DNA of 64,000 bases from an uncultured Gemmatimonadales bacterium (GTDB lineage Bacteria > Gemmatimonadota > Gemmatimonadetes > Gemmatimonadales > GWC2-71-9). Below are positions 18,287-27,382 of this stretch, in pieces. The stretch covers positions 128,001-192,000 of the forward strand of contig CAVSQW010000012.1 of NCBI GenBank assembly GCA_963730185.1, read 5' to 3'. A program made the translations under genes and the position numbers. How positions within the stretch are numbered: the stretch's first letter is position 1; the number at the start of each line of letters is the position of its first letter. The notes under the pieces were generated by a model. The model was not told where the DNA came from and searched no databases. It saw only the letters and a list, made by a program, of their open reading frames with translations.

Positions 18287-19101
18287 CAGAGACGGACCTC
18301 CAGATGCTCCACCCGGCGACGGACCCGCTCGATGTCGGACCGGCTGGAGAGATCGAGCACGATTCCCCGCCAGGGAACGACCTGGAAACGGACCCCGAGC
18401 TCCGTCAGGGCCAGCATGACCGCGCTCTGGAGCTCGAGCTCCCCGCGGGGCGACGGGGTGATCCGCCGGCAGGCCTCGAAGATCTCCGGGCCGAACCGCC
18501 AACTGTTCATGCTCACCGGCGCCCCGGGCCCGAGCACCCGAGCCGTGGCCGGGTCGGGTTTCTCCACGATCCGCTCGAGCGCGCCGTCGGCGGCCACCTG
18601 GAGCAGGGCGTACTTCGCGATCCGCTCCGGCTCGATGTCGCCGCTCTCGATCAAGGCGGTCCGATCGTAGCCGATCAGCCCCGGGCCGTCGAGCTCGCCC
18701 AGGGCACGGAGGGCCCCCACCGGATAGAGGTTGTCGGCGTTGATCACCACGAAGGGATCGTCCCCCACCACGGGGCGCGCGGCCGCCACGGCGTCCGCGG
18801 TGCCGAGCGGCTCGGCCTGGACCGCGAAGGTCAGCCTGACCCGGTCGAGCTGGACCTCGGCGCCATAACGGCGCCGGAGAGGCTCGTGGTCGGGGGCGAC
18901 CACCAGGCAGACCTGGTCGAGGCCGGCCTCGGCCAGGCTGTGCAGCACGTAGTCCAGAAACGGGCGGCCGACCGGGACCAGCGCCTTGAGGCCGCGATCG
19001 GCCATGGCGGCCTGATCGGCCGTCAGCCTCACGCCTTCCGCGGCTTTCCGCATCCGGGTCCCCAGCCCCCGCGCCAGGACCACCGCCCGATCGGTGGTCA
19101 C
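18286..19101 (-). CDS. Sugar-1-phosphate nucleotidyltransferase (RmlA/GalU-like NTP_transferase)
   Basis: GTG 19101 overlaps the SSS stop; VVLARGLGTRMR, KALVPV, QAEPLGTADAV, INADNLY, IVEKP, SPRGELEL. Confidence 0.85.
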   Translation of the reverse strand: MTTDRAVVLARGLGTRMRKAAEGVRLTADQAAMADRGLKALVPVGRPFLDYVLHSLAEAGLDQVCLVVAPDHEPLRRRYGAEVQLDRVRLTFAVQAEPLGTADAVAAARPVVGDDPFVVINADNLYPVGALRALGELDGPGLIGYDRTALIESGDIEPERIAKYALLQVAADGALERIVEKPDPATARVLGPGAPVSMNSWRFGPEIFEACRRITPSPRGELELQSAVMLALTELGVRFQVVPWRGIVLDLSSRSDIERVRRRVEHLEVRL

Positions 19102-20882
19102 GATCCGACTCCAGCGGCTTCGCTCCCCGACCAGATCCGGGGGACCAGCCAGAGCAGCCCGGCGCCGGTCGCCACGAAGACCACGGCCCAGAGGGTCGCC
19201 GGGCCGTTCCGCCCGTAGAGCCAGCTCCCGAACCCGAAGAGGGCGGCGAAGACGAAGGTGCAGCCCAGCACCCAGGCCAGAAAGGCATGCGGCAGGCTGT
19301 CGGGGGAGGGCGGCAACCCGGTTTCGGCCCGGATCGCCCGCCAGCCCGGACCGGCCGGCCGGGTCAGGCGATAGAACCGCTCCAGGGTGGATCGATCGGT
19401 CGGCCGGGTCAGGAAGGTGGCCGCGAGCCAGACGACGGTGGTGATCGCGACCGTCACGAGGAGGGACACGTGGGCCGGCACGCCCGCGCCCAGCCGGGCC
19501 GCGATGAAGAACCCGACTGCCACGACGAACGAGCTCACCATGGCCGCGATCTCGCTCCAGGCGTTGATTCGCCACCAGAACCAGCGGAGGAGATAGATCA
19601 GGCCGGTGCCGGCCCCGACCGACAGCATCAGGTCGAAGCTGGCTTTGGCCGAGTCGAGCACGAACGTGATGCTCGCCGCCACCAGCATCAGCAGCGCGGT
19701 GGTGATCCGGGCGACCAGGACGTAGTGGGCCTCGGCGCGGCCCGGCCGAAGGAAGCGACGATAGAAGTCGTGGACCAGGTAGGACGTTCCCCAGTTGAGC
19801 TGGGTCGAGATGGTGGAGACGTACGCCGCCAGCAGTCCGGCGATCATCAGTCCGAGGAACCCGGCCGGCAGGAACCGGAGCATGGCGGGATAGGCCATGT
19901 CGTGCCCGATCAGCCGGGGATCCACCCAGGGCAGCGTCCGGGCGATGTCGCCGAGGCTCGGGTAGACCAGGAGCGAGGCCAGCGCCACCAGGATCCAGGG
20001 CCAGGAGCGGACCGCATAGTGGGCCACGTTGAAGAACAGGGTGCCGGAGAGGGCATCGCGCTCGCTCCGCGACGCGAGGATCCGCTGGGCGATATAGCTG
20101 CCGCCACCCGGCTCGGACCCGGGATACCAGACCGACCACCATTGCACCGTGAGCGGGATGACCAGCACCGTCAGCGTCAGGCCCCAGTCGCCGAAGTCGG
20201 GCAGCAAGTTCAACTTGGCGGGATCGAGCCGGGTCAGGAGGCCGGAGAGCCCGCCGACCTCGGGCTGCTTCAAGGCGAAGTAGGCCGCGGCGATGGACCC
20301 GGTCATCGCGATCCCGAACTGGATGAAGTCGGTCACCAGCACGCCCCACAGGCCGGACGTCGCGGCGAACGCGATGCAGACCACCGCGGCGATGGCCAGC
20401 GTCTTTTCCATCGGCCAGCCGAGGACCACGTTCGCGATCTTGGCGGCGGCGAGGTTGACCGACGCCATGATGACGCAGTTGAAGAAGAGCCCCAGATAGA
20501 CCGCCCGAAAGCCGCGCACGAACGTGGCCGGCCGACCGGCATAGCGGATCTCGTAGAACTCGAGATCGGTCAGCATCCCGGACCGGCGCCAGAGCCGGGC
20601 GTAGAAGAAGACGGTCATCACCCCGGTGAGGAGAAACGACCACCAGACCCAGTTGGCGGACACGCCGTTCTCGCGGACCAGGTTCGTGACGAGGTTGGGC
20701 GTGTCGGTGCTGAAGGTGGTGGCGACCATCGACACGCCGATGAGCCACCACGGCGCCGACCGCCCCGACGTGAAGAACTCGGCCGTGCTGCTCCCCGCCC
20801 GCCGGGCCAGGAGGAGCGCCGGGGTGTAGGCGATCACCAGCGAGACGACGATGACGATCCAGTCCAGCGAGGTGAGCTGCAT
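19098..20882 (-). CDS. Sodium:solute symporter family protein
   Basis: MQLTSLDWI; FFTSGRSAPWW, SMVATTFSTDTP, GVLVTDFIQF, YIAQRILA, AAYVSTISTQLNWG; many TM segments. Confidence 0.9.
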   Translation of the reverse strand: MQLTSLDWIVIVVSLVIAYTPALLLARRAGSSTAEFFTSGRSAPWWLIGVSMVATTFSTDTPNLVTNLVRENGVSANWVWWSFLLTGVMTVFFYARLWRRSGMLTDLEFYEIRYAGRPATFVRGFRAVYLGLFFNCVIMASVNLAAAKIANVVLGWPMEKTLAIAAVVCIAFAATSGLWGVLVTDFIQFGIAMTGSIAAAYFALKQPEVGGLSGLLTRLDPAKLNLLPDFGDWGLTLTVLVIPLTVQWWSVWYPGSEPGGGSYIAQRILASRSERDALSGTLFFNVAHYAVRSWPWILVALASLLVYPSLGDIARTLPWVDPRLIGHDMAYPAMLRFLPAGFLGLMIAGLLAAYVSTISTQLNWGTSYLVHDFYRRFLRPGRAEAHYVLVARITTALLMLVAASITFVLDSAKASFDLMLSVGAGTGLIYLLRWFWWRINAWSEIAAMVSSFVVAVGFFIAARLGAGVPAHVSLLVTVAITTVVWLAATFLTRPTDRSTLERFYRLTRPAGPGWRAIRAETGLPPSPDSLPHAFLAWVLGCTFVFAALFGFGSWLYGRNGPATLWAVVFVATGAGLLWLVPRIWSGSEAAGVGS

Positions 20883-20910
20883 GAAGGCTCGAGGTGGACG
20901 GGCGGACGGC

Positions 20911-20975
20911 GAGACGCCGGCGCGGGACACCGGCAGTGGACGCCGGCACGGGACGCCGGCACGGGACGCCGGAGC
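20911..20975. repeat. 13-bp tandem repeat, 5 imperfect copies (consensus GGGACGCCGGCAC)
   Basis: gagacgccggcgc|gggacaccggcag|tggacgccggcac|gggacgccggcac|gggacgccggagc in the divergent SSS/ogt intergenic region. Confidence 0.8.
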
Positions 20976-21035
20976 GGCGACCGGAGCCGAAGCTACCGCC
21001 ATCGCGGGGTCGGGACCAGTGGGGTACATTGCGGC

Positions 21036-21602
21036 ATGGTCACCACCCGCGGTCCGGTACGCCTCCAACGGATCGAGAGTCCGGTCGGGCGCCTGCTCGC
21101 CGGCGCCCGCGACGACGGCGCCTGCCTCCTGGAATTCGACGACCCCGCCCGGCTCCCCCGCCAGCTCCGCGACCTGGAACGCTACCTCGGCGCCCCCGAA
21201 GAGGGCTCCCACCCGATGATCGATCGGTTGGCGGTCGAGCTCGAGGAGTACTTTGCCGGCGAGCGGCAGCGGTTCGAGGTCCCGCTCGTCATCACGGGGA
21301 CACCGTTCCAGGAGAGCGTGTGGCAGGCCCTGCTCACTCTCCCTTACGGCCGGACCACCAGCTATTCGGAGCTGGCCGAACGGATCGGGCGACCCGGCGC
21401 GCAGCGAGCGGTCGGGCTGGCCAACGGCCGGAACCGGCTCGCGATCGTGGTGCCCTGTCACCGGGTGATCGAGCGGGCGGGCGGCCTCCGCGGTTACGGG
21501 GGCGGACTGTGGCGGAAGCAGTTCCTGCTCGACCTCGAGCGGCGGGTGGCCCCCACCGATCCACTGGCCGGAACGCCTCTGGGAGCGATCGCAGGCTCCT
21601 GA
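21036..21602 (+). CDS. ogt: Methylated-DNA--protein-cysteine S-methyltransferase
   Basis: IESPVG, GTPFQESVW, PYGRTTSY, RAVGLANGRN, active-site PCHRV, GYGGGLWRK. Confidence 0.92.
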   Translation: MVTTRGPVRLQRIESPVGRLLAGARDDGACLLEFDDPARLPRQLRDLERYLGAPEEGSHPMIDRLAVELEEYFAGERQRFEVPLVITGTPFQESVWQALLTLPYGRTTSYSELAERIGRPGAQRAVGLANGRNRLAIVVPCHRVIERAGGLRGYGGGLWRKQFLLDLERRVAPTDPLAGTPLGAIAGS

Positions 21603-21623
21603 TCCCCGCCCTCGGGGCAACAT

Positions 21624-22553
21624 ATGGATATCCACGTACTGCTCAACCCGGCCGGCGACCGGGGTCGGGCCGGGGCGCACTGGGATCGGCTCGAGCCCCA
21701 AGCCCGAGTCCGCTTCCCGGACCTCACCGTGCACCGGGCAGACCACCCCGGCGACGTCGAGGCACGGGCCCGCGGGCTGGCCGCGGCGGCGAGGCCGGCG
21801 CTCTTGATCGCCGCCGGCGGCGACGGGACCTCCAACGAGGTGGTCAACGGACTGATCGCGGCCGGGCCCCCACCCGGCATCGTGATGGGCTGGCTGCCCC
21901 TCGGCTCGGGCAACGACCTGGCCCAGGCGGCCGGGACGCCGCGCGACCCGGCGCGGGCGGTGGCGAGCTGGAATCCGGCCCGGACCCGGCGGATCGACGT
22001 CGGCAGGGTCCGCTTTCGCGACCGGGCCGGCCGGAGAGTCGAGCGGATCTTCGGCAACTCGCTCACTGTCGGGCTGAGCACCGATGTGCTGGAGGAGGTG
22101 GCCCGCCAGCGAACCCTCCGCGGCCGGCTGGGCTACCTCGTCGCGGCGTTGATGGCAATCGCGAACGGCCGGGCCCGCCGGCTGACGATCCGGTCCCTCG
22201 ACGGGGCGCCGCTCTTCGAAGGGCCGAGCCTCCTGGTCGCGTTCACCAACGGGGCCCGGTTCGGCGCCGGGATGCGGATCGCCCCGTCGGCCCGACTGGA
22301 CGACGGCCAGCTCGATCTGGTCGCGGTGCCCAACCTGGGACGATTCGAGGCCCTCCGGATCTTCCCGCGGATCTACCGCGGCGGCCATCTCCGGTCGCCC
22401 CGGATCACGCACCGCGCCGTGGCCTCGGTCGTGATCGACCTCGACGAGCCCGCCCCGTTCGAGATCGACGGTGAGCTGATCGCCTGGGTGGCGTCACCCG
22501 TCGAGGTCGGCGTCCTCCCCTCGCGGCTCACGATCCTCTCGGCGGAGGGCTAG
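21624..22553 (+). CDS. Diacylglycerol/lipid kinase family protein (YegS/DgkB-like)
   Basis: LLNPAG, AGGDGTSNEVVNG, PLGSGNDLA, NGARFGAG, DDGQLD, IDGE. Confidence 0.88.
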   Translation: MDIHVLLNPAGDRGRAGAHWDRLEPQARVRFPDLTVHRADHPGDVEARARGLAAAARPALLIAAGGDGTSNEVVNGLIAAGPPPGIVMGWLPLGSGNDLAQAAGTPRDPARAVASWNPARTRRIDVGRVRFRDRAGRRVERIFGNSLTVGLSTDVLEEVARQRTLRGRLGYLVAALMAIANGRARRLTIRSLDGAPLFEGPSLLVAFTNGARFGAGMRIAPSARLDDGQLDLVAVPNLGRFEALRIFPRIYRGGHLRSPRITHRAVASVVIDLDEPAPFEIDGELIAWVASPVEVGVLPSRLTILSAEG

Positions 22554-22562
22554 ATTTCCAGG

Positions 22563-24329
22563 GTGACGCTTCGCTCCTCCCCTTTCCGTTCGATCGGCTC
22601 GATCCTCCTTTGCGCGGTCCTCCCGACCTTGGCCCACGCGCAAGAGGTGCGGGTCCGGGTGGCCGACCCGACCGGTTATGCCACCATCGGCGCGATGGTG
22701 TCCCTGCTCGGCCCCGACAGCACGGTCAGCGCCCGAGGGATCGTGGGTGCGCTCGGACGGGTCCGGCTGGTCGCCGAGCCGGGCCCGTACCGGCTCCTGG
22801 TCGAGCGGCCCGGGTTCGTCGACACCATCCCAGCCAGGCTGACCATCGGGCCCGACGGCACCGACAGCCTTCTGGTCCAGGTCGGCGTCACCCGACCCAC
22901 CTTGCCGGGCCGACTCAGCCGGCTCCCCGACCGGTGCACGACCCCCGGGCTTCCGGCGGAGCTGAGATCGATGTGGCGGGAAATCCGGAAGACCTTTCGG
23001 GTCGTGCTGACCACCGAGGATGACCACCTGGCCGATCTCGGGGTCGCGGCCTTCACCCGGCAGCTCTCCAGCGGCCTCAAGATCGATGACGAGCACGTGA
23101 CCACCCTGCTGGAGGCGACCAACCGGCCCGCCAACGCGCTCGCCCCGGCCGACCTGGTCCGGCAAGGGTACTTCGTCCGGACCGCGGACAGCGCCCGCTG
23201 GGCCGCGCCCGACATCCGACTCTTCCTCGACCCCGACTTCACGGCGACCCACTGCTTCGGCCTGGTGAACGGCACCGACAAGCGAGTCGGTCATCTCGGC
23301 CTGGCCTTCGCGCCGGTCGCGAGCGGGCGAGTGGACCTGGCCGGCACCTTTTGGGTGGAGACCACCCGGCGCGAGCTCCGAGCGACGGACTACCACTTCA
23401 CCAACCTGCCGAAGGACTGGCACCCCGACCGGGTGGGCGGCTCGATCGAGACCCATACGATGCCGCCGGGGTTCTGGGTCACCCGGTTCTGGTATCAGCG
23501 GACGCCGGAGCTCCGGCTGGGCGAGGAGCCGCGGAAGGACCGGCTGACGGGCTACGCGGAGGCCGGCGGCGAGGTCACCTCGGTCACCCCGGCGATCGAC
23601 ACCACCGACCGGATGGCGGCGGCGATGCTCCTGGCCCAGCGCGAGCGGGAGCGGCGCGCGGTCGTCGCCCGGGTGGAAGGGTTGGTGACCGACACCCTCG
23701 GCTTCCCGGTTCCCAACGCCGAAGTCTCGATCCTGGGGACCGATTATCACACCCAGGCCGACAGCAGCGGCCACTTCGTCCTGGACGGGCTCCCGCCGGG
23801 CCCCCAGATCGCCCGGGCGCGGAAGATCGGCTACCGGGTCCAGTACTTCGTGCTCCGGCTGCAGGCGGGTCAGGTGTGGGACGGGAAGGTGGCGATCGCC
23901 CGGCAGCCCCCCCACCTGGGCGACATCGTGGTCACCGGGCGGTGGGGCAAGCCCGCCCGTTACGCCAACACCACCAAGTACGACGACTTCTACCGGCGCC
24001 GGGCCAGCAAGGCGGGGTACTTCATCACCCGTCCCCAGATCGACTCGCTCGCGGCGGGCCACATCTCCGAGCTGCTCCACAACATCCCCGGGGTGCGCGT
24101 CTCCTACGGCACGCCGGGCGTGAACGAAGAGGTGTCGTTCCTGACCTGCCAGCCCGACAACATCGCGGTCTGGATCGACGGCCAGCGGATGAGCGGCAAC
24201 GTGGGCGACGTCCTGCCGCTGATCGCGGCCACCGACGTGGAGGCGATGGAGGTGTATCAGCGCCAGTCGTCGGTGCCGGCCGAGTTCCGGGACGACGCCT
24301 GCGCGGCGATCGTCCTCTGGACTCGTTAG
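22563..24329 (+). CDS. Secreted protein with carboxypeptidase-regulatory-like domains and a C-terminal TonB plug-like domain (no beta-barrel)
   Basis: Signal peptide ending AHAQ; VEGLVTDTLGFPVPNAEV..DSSGHFVLDGLPPG..ARKIGY; ISELLHNIPGV..VWIDG..DVEAMEVY..CAAIVLWTR*. Confidence 0.75.
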   Translation: MTLRSSPFRSIGSILLCAVLPTLAHAQEVRVRVADPTGYATIGAMVSLLGPDSTVSARGIVGALGRVRLVAEPGPYRLLVERPGFVDTIPARLTIGPDGTDSLLVQVGVTRPTLPGRLSRLPDRCTTPGLPAELRSMWREIRKTFRVVLTTEDDHLADLGVAAFTRQLSSGLKIDDEHVTTLLEATNRPANALAPADLVRQGYFVRTADSARWAAPDIRLFLDPDFTATHCFGLVNGTDKRVGHLGLAFAPVASGRVDLAGTFWVETTRRELRATDYHFTNLPKDWHPDRVGGSIETHTMPPGFWVTRFWYQRTPELRLGEEPRKDRLTGYAEAGGEVTSVTPAIDTTDRMAAAMLLAQRERERRAVVARVEGLVTDTLGFPVPNAEVSILGTDYHTQADSSGHFVLDGLPPGPQIARARKIGYRVQYFVLRLQAGQVWDGKVAIARQPPHLGDIVVTGRWGKPARYANTTKYDDFYRRRASKAGYFITRPQIDSLAAGHISELLHNIPGVRVSYGTPGVNEEVSFLTCQPDNIAVWIDGQRMSGNVGDVLPLIAATDVEAMEVYQRQSSVPAEFRDDACAAIVLWTR

Positions 24330-24346
24330 GCAGGCGAGACCGGGCC

Positions 24347-26977
24347 TTACTCCGCGCCGAGCACGCGGACCGGATCCACCCGGGCCGCTCGCAGGGCCGG
24401 CAGCACGCAGGTTCCCAGCGCGACCACCGCCAGGACGCCGGCCACCCCGACGAGGGTGGCCGGATCGGCCGGGGCCACATGGAACAGCATCTGCCGGAGC
24501 ACCCGGGCCCCCACGATCGCCCCGACCATCCCGAGCGCCAGCCCGAGACCGGCGAGCCGAGCCCCCCGCCCGATCACCAGACCCAGAATCGACCTCCGCT
24601 CCGCGCCCAGCGCCACCCGGATCCCGAGCTCGCGGGTCCGTTCGGCCACGCTCCGGGCCAGGAGCCCGTAGATTCCCGCCGCCGCGAGGAGCAGCGCGGT
24701 GAGGCCGAAGGCCTCGAACAGTCGCATCAACAACCGGCGCTGCTTGGTCGCCGCTCCCAACAACTCGTCGCCCGTGGCGAGCTTGCTCAGGGCCAGCTCG
24801 GGGTCGACCGACCAGACGGCCCGGCGGACGGCCGCCGCCGCGGCGGCCGGGTTATCGCTGGTTCGGACCACCAGGGCACCGTTCTCGGCGTACGGCCACT
24901 GGGTCGAAGGGACGTAGAACTGGGGGCTCTGGCGGGTATCGAGCCCGGTGTGCCTCACGTCGCCCACGATGCCGACGACCGTCCGCCAGCCGGAGCCGCC
25001 GACCTGGATCCGCTGGCCGATCGGATCCTCACCGGGCCAGGACCCCTCAGCGAAGGTCCGGTTGATCAACGCGACCGGCGGCGCGCCGGCCCGATCCGCG
25101 GCGGTGAAGCCCCGCCCTCGGAGCACCGGAATCTTCATGGTGGCCAGGTAGTCCGGTGACACGGAGTAACGGTCGGCAGCCGGCGCGTCCTCGGGGTTGT
25201 CGAGCGGCTTGGACTCGATCAGGACGCCGTAGCGATCGAAGTTCCCGCTCAAGGGGATCTGGCTCGCGAAGCCGGCCGCGACCGCTCCCGGCACGGCCCG
25301 GACCGCCTCGAGGATCTGGCCCTGGGCCCGCCAGAGGGTCGAGTCCTCACGGTACCGGGGTCCCGAGGCGTCGACCTCCATGGTCACCAGGTGATCCGGC
25401 GCGAACCCCGGGTCGACGGCCAACACTTCGCCAAGGCTCCGAACCAAGAGGCCAGCCCCGGTCAGGAGCATGACCGCGAGGGCGACCTCGGTCACCACCA
25501 GACCGCCCGTGACCCGGCGGCTCCGCCGGGAGTCGGTGACCGACCGGGTGGCCAGGCCCAGAGGCCGGCGACCAGCGCCGAGCAGGGCGGGGCCCAACCC
25601 GCCGAGCACCGTGACCGGTACGGTGAGGCCCAGGGCGAGCGCCAGGGTGGCGCCGTCGATCCGAACCAGGGCGATCCGGGGAAGCTGGGCCTCGCTGGCC
25701 AGCAACAGCTTGATCCCGAGCGCGGCGAGCCCGAGCCCGCCCAAGGCCCCGCCCAGAGCCAGGAGCCAGCCTTCGGCCAGCTGCTGGCGGGTCAGCGCCC
25801 AGCGCCCCGCGCCCAGGGCGGACCGCACGGAGAGCTCGCTCCGCCGGCCGACGGCTCTGGCCACCAGCAGGTTGGCGACGTTGGCCGCCGCGATCAGGAG
25901 CACGAAGAGGCCGGCGACAAGGGCCAAGGTCACGGCGGGCCGGGCCTGCTGGGTGATCTGCGCGGACAGGGGGACCGCGTCGAGCCCGACCGAGGCGTAA
26001 TCCTCGGGGTGATCGTGACGGTAACGGGCCTGCAACTGATCGAGCTCCGCGGCCACCACAGGCGCCGGTGTGCCGGACCGGAGCCGGGCGACCACCCGAA
26101 GGTGGCGGCAGGTCCGGCAGGCGTACGGAAGCGACACGTCGTACCCGAGCGGGCGCCAGAGCTCGGCGCCCGGCGTAATGATGCTCTCGAAAGTGCCAGG
26201 CAGCACCCCGACGACTTGGTACGGCATCCCGCTCACCGAGATCTGGCGCCCGACCACGGACGAGTCGGCCCCGAAGCGCCGGCGCCAGAGCCCGTCGCTC
26301 AGGATGACGACCCGGTTCTGGCCCCGGGCGTCCTCACTCGGCGTGAAGTCCCGACCCAGGGCCGGAGTCACCCCGAGCGTCTTGAAATAGTCGGCGCCGA
26401 CGCTCTCGCCCAGGAGGCGCTCCGGCGGGCCGTCGACCCCGCTGACGACCGGGGTCCAGTAGCTGATCGCCGCCGCGGACCGGAGGCCCCGGGCGTCCCG
26501 CTGGAGGTCGGCGAAGGTGGCGTAGCCGAGGTTGTCTTCCGAGCCGTTCGGGCCGCGCTCCCAGATCATCGCGAGCCGGTCGGGCTCCGGATACGGCAAC
26601 GGCTCGAAGAGGATCGGGTTGGCGACACTGAAGACCGCGGTGGTGGCCCCGATGCCGAGCGCCACCGTGCCCATCACCACGAGGGAGTGGCTCGGGGCCC
26701 GACGAAGCGACCGAAGCGCGGCCCGAAGATCGAGCAGAAAGCTCTGCATGGCGGAATCTCCTCGCCGGCGCCGCCGGCGTCCCCGAGCGACGAATCGCAG
26801 CTGCACGAGGGCAGTGATCGTCTGACGCCAGAACCAGCGATTGGCCGCGCGCGGGGCCGAGTCGGCGGCGAGGCGGGCCCTGGCTTCCTCCAGATCGCCG
26901 ATCAGCGACTCCCGCTCCGGCTCCGGCAGGAACCGGCCGAGCAGCCAGAGCGCCAGCCGGGGCGAGCGGTGGCTCAC
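24347..26977 (-). CDS. ADOP-type duplicated MacB/FtsX ABC permease
   Basis: LIGDLEE N-terminal extension, DLRAALRSLRRAP, ALGIGATTAVFS, PLPYPEPDRL, ANVANLL, EVALAVMLLTGAGLLVRS, RTRELGIRVALGA, PALRAARVDP. Confidence 0.9.
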   Translation of the reverse strand: MSHRSPRLALWLLGRFLPEPERESLIGDLEEARARLAADSAPRAANRWFWRQTITALVQLRFVARGRRRRRRGDSAMQSFLLDLRAALRSLRRAPSHSLVVMGTVALGIGATTAVFSVANPILFEPLPYPEPDRLAMIWERGPNGSEDNLGYATFADLQRDARGLRSAAAISYWTPVVSGVDGPPERLLGESVGADYFKTLGVTPALGRDFTPSEDARGQNRVVILSDGLWRRRFGADSSVVGRQISVSGMPYQVVGVLPGTFESIITPGAELWRPLGYDVSLPYACRTCRHLRVVARLRSGTPAPVVAAELDQLQARYRHDHPEDYASVGLDAVPLSAQITQQARPAVTLALVAGLFVLLIAAANVANLLVARAVGRRSELSVRSALGAGRWALTRQQLAEGWLLALGGALGGLGLAALGIKLLLASEAQLPRIALVRIDGATLALALGLTVPVTVLGGLGPALLGAGRRPLGLATRSVTDSRRSRRVTGGLVVTEVALAVMLLTGAGLLVRSLGEVLAVDPGFAPDHLVTMEVDASGPRYREDSTLWRAQGQILEAVRAVPGAVAAGFASQIPLSGNFDRYGVLIESKPLDNPEDAPAADRYSVSPDYLATMKIPVLRGRGFTAADRAGAPPVALINRTFAEGSWPGEDPIGQRIQVGGSGWRTVVGIVGDVRHTGLDTRQSPQFYVPSTQWPYAENGALVVRTSDNPAAAAAAVRRAVWSVDPELALSKLATGDELLGAATKQRRLLMRLFEAFGLTALLLAAAGIYGLLARSVAERTRELGIRVALGAERRSILGLVIGRGARLAGLGLALGMVGAIVGARVLRQMLFHVAPADPATLVGVAGVLAVVALGTCVLPALRAARVDPVRVLGAE

Positions 26978-27303
26978 GGGCGCGCCTCGCCGAGCACCTC
27001 GAGTCCGTCGGCCAGCCCGCGGATGGCGCCGACCGACGCCCGGATGGCCTTCCGCCCCGGCGCCAGGAGCCGGTAGTGGCGCTTGCGACGGCCGCCCCGG
27101 ACCGGCGTCGGCTCCCCGAAACGGGAGCTGACGTACCCTTTGCCCTCGAGTCGGCTCAGGGCCTTGTAGATGGTGCCGAGGGCCGGTCGGCGCCCGGTCC
27201 GGCGCTCGATCTCGTCGTAGATGGCGACGCCGTAGGCCTCGTCGCCCAGCCGGGCGAGGGCCAGCAGCACCAGGAGCTCGAGCTCGCCGAGGATGGTGTC
27301 CAT
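26974..27303 (-). CDS. PadR-family transcriptional regulator
   Basis: LGELELLVLLAL..AYGVAI..GTIYKALSRLEGKGYV..RGGRRKRHY; overlaps the permease start. Confidence 0.9.
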   Translation of the reverse strand: MDTILGELELLVLLALARLGDEAYGVAIYDEIERRTGRRPALGTIYKALSRLEGKGYVSSRFGEPTPVRGGRRKRHYRLLAPGRKAIRASVGAIRGLADGLEVLGEARP

Positions 27304-27305
27304 CG

Positions 27306-27330
27306 ATTACCCTGTCTTAGACAGAGTAAT
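27306..27330. promoter_or_regulatory. 25-bp inverted repeat, candidate PadR autoregulatory operator
   Basis: ATTAC-C-CTGTCT-T-AGACAG-A-GTAAT, 2 nt upstream of the padR ATG. Confidence 0.7.
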
Positions 27331-27382
27331 AGGTACGACCTCGCGGCTCCCGCCGCAAGATCGGACTGGCTTGGATTCGGGA

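Noticed and set aside
20911..20975. Repeats as a CRISPR array (also 5708-5909 and 57891-58052)
   Set aside because: Units are 7-13 bp and contiguous with no unique spacers; no cas genes in the window.
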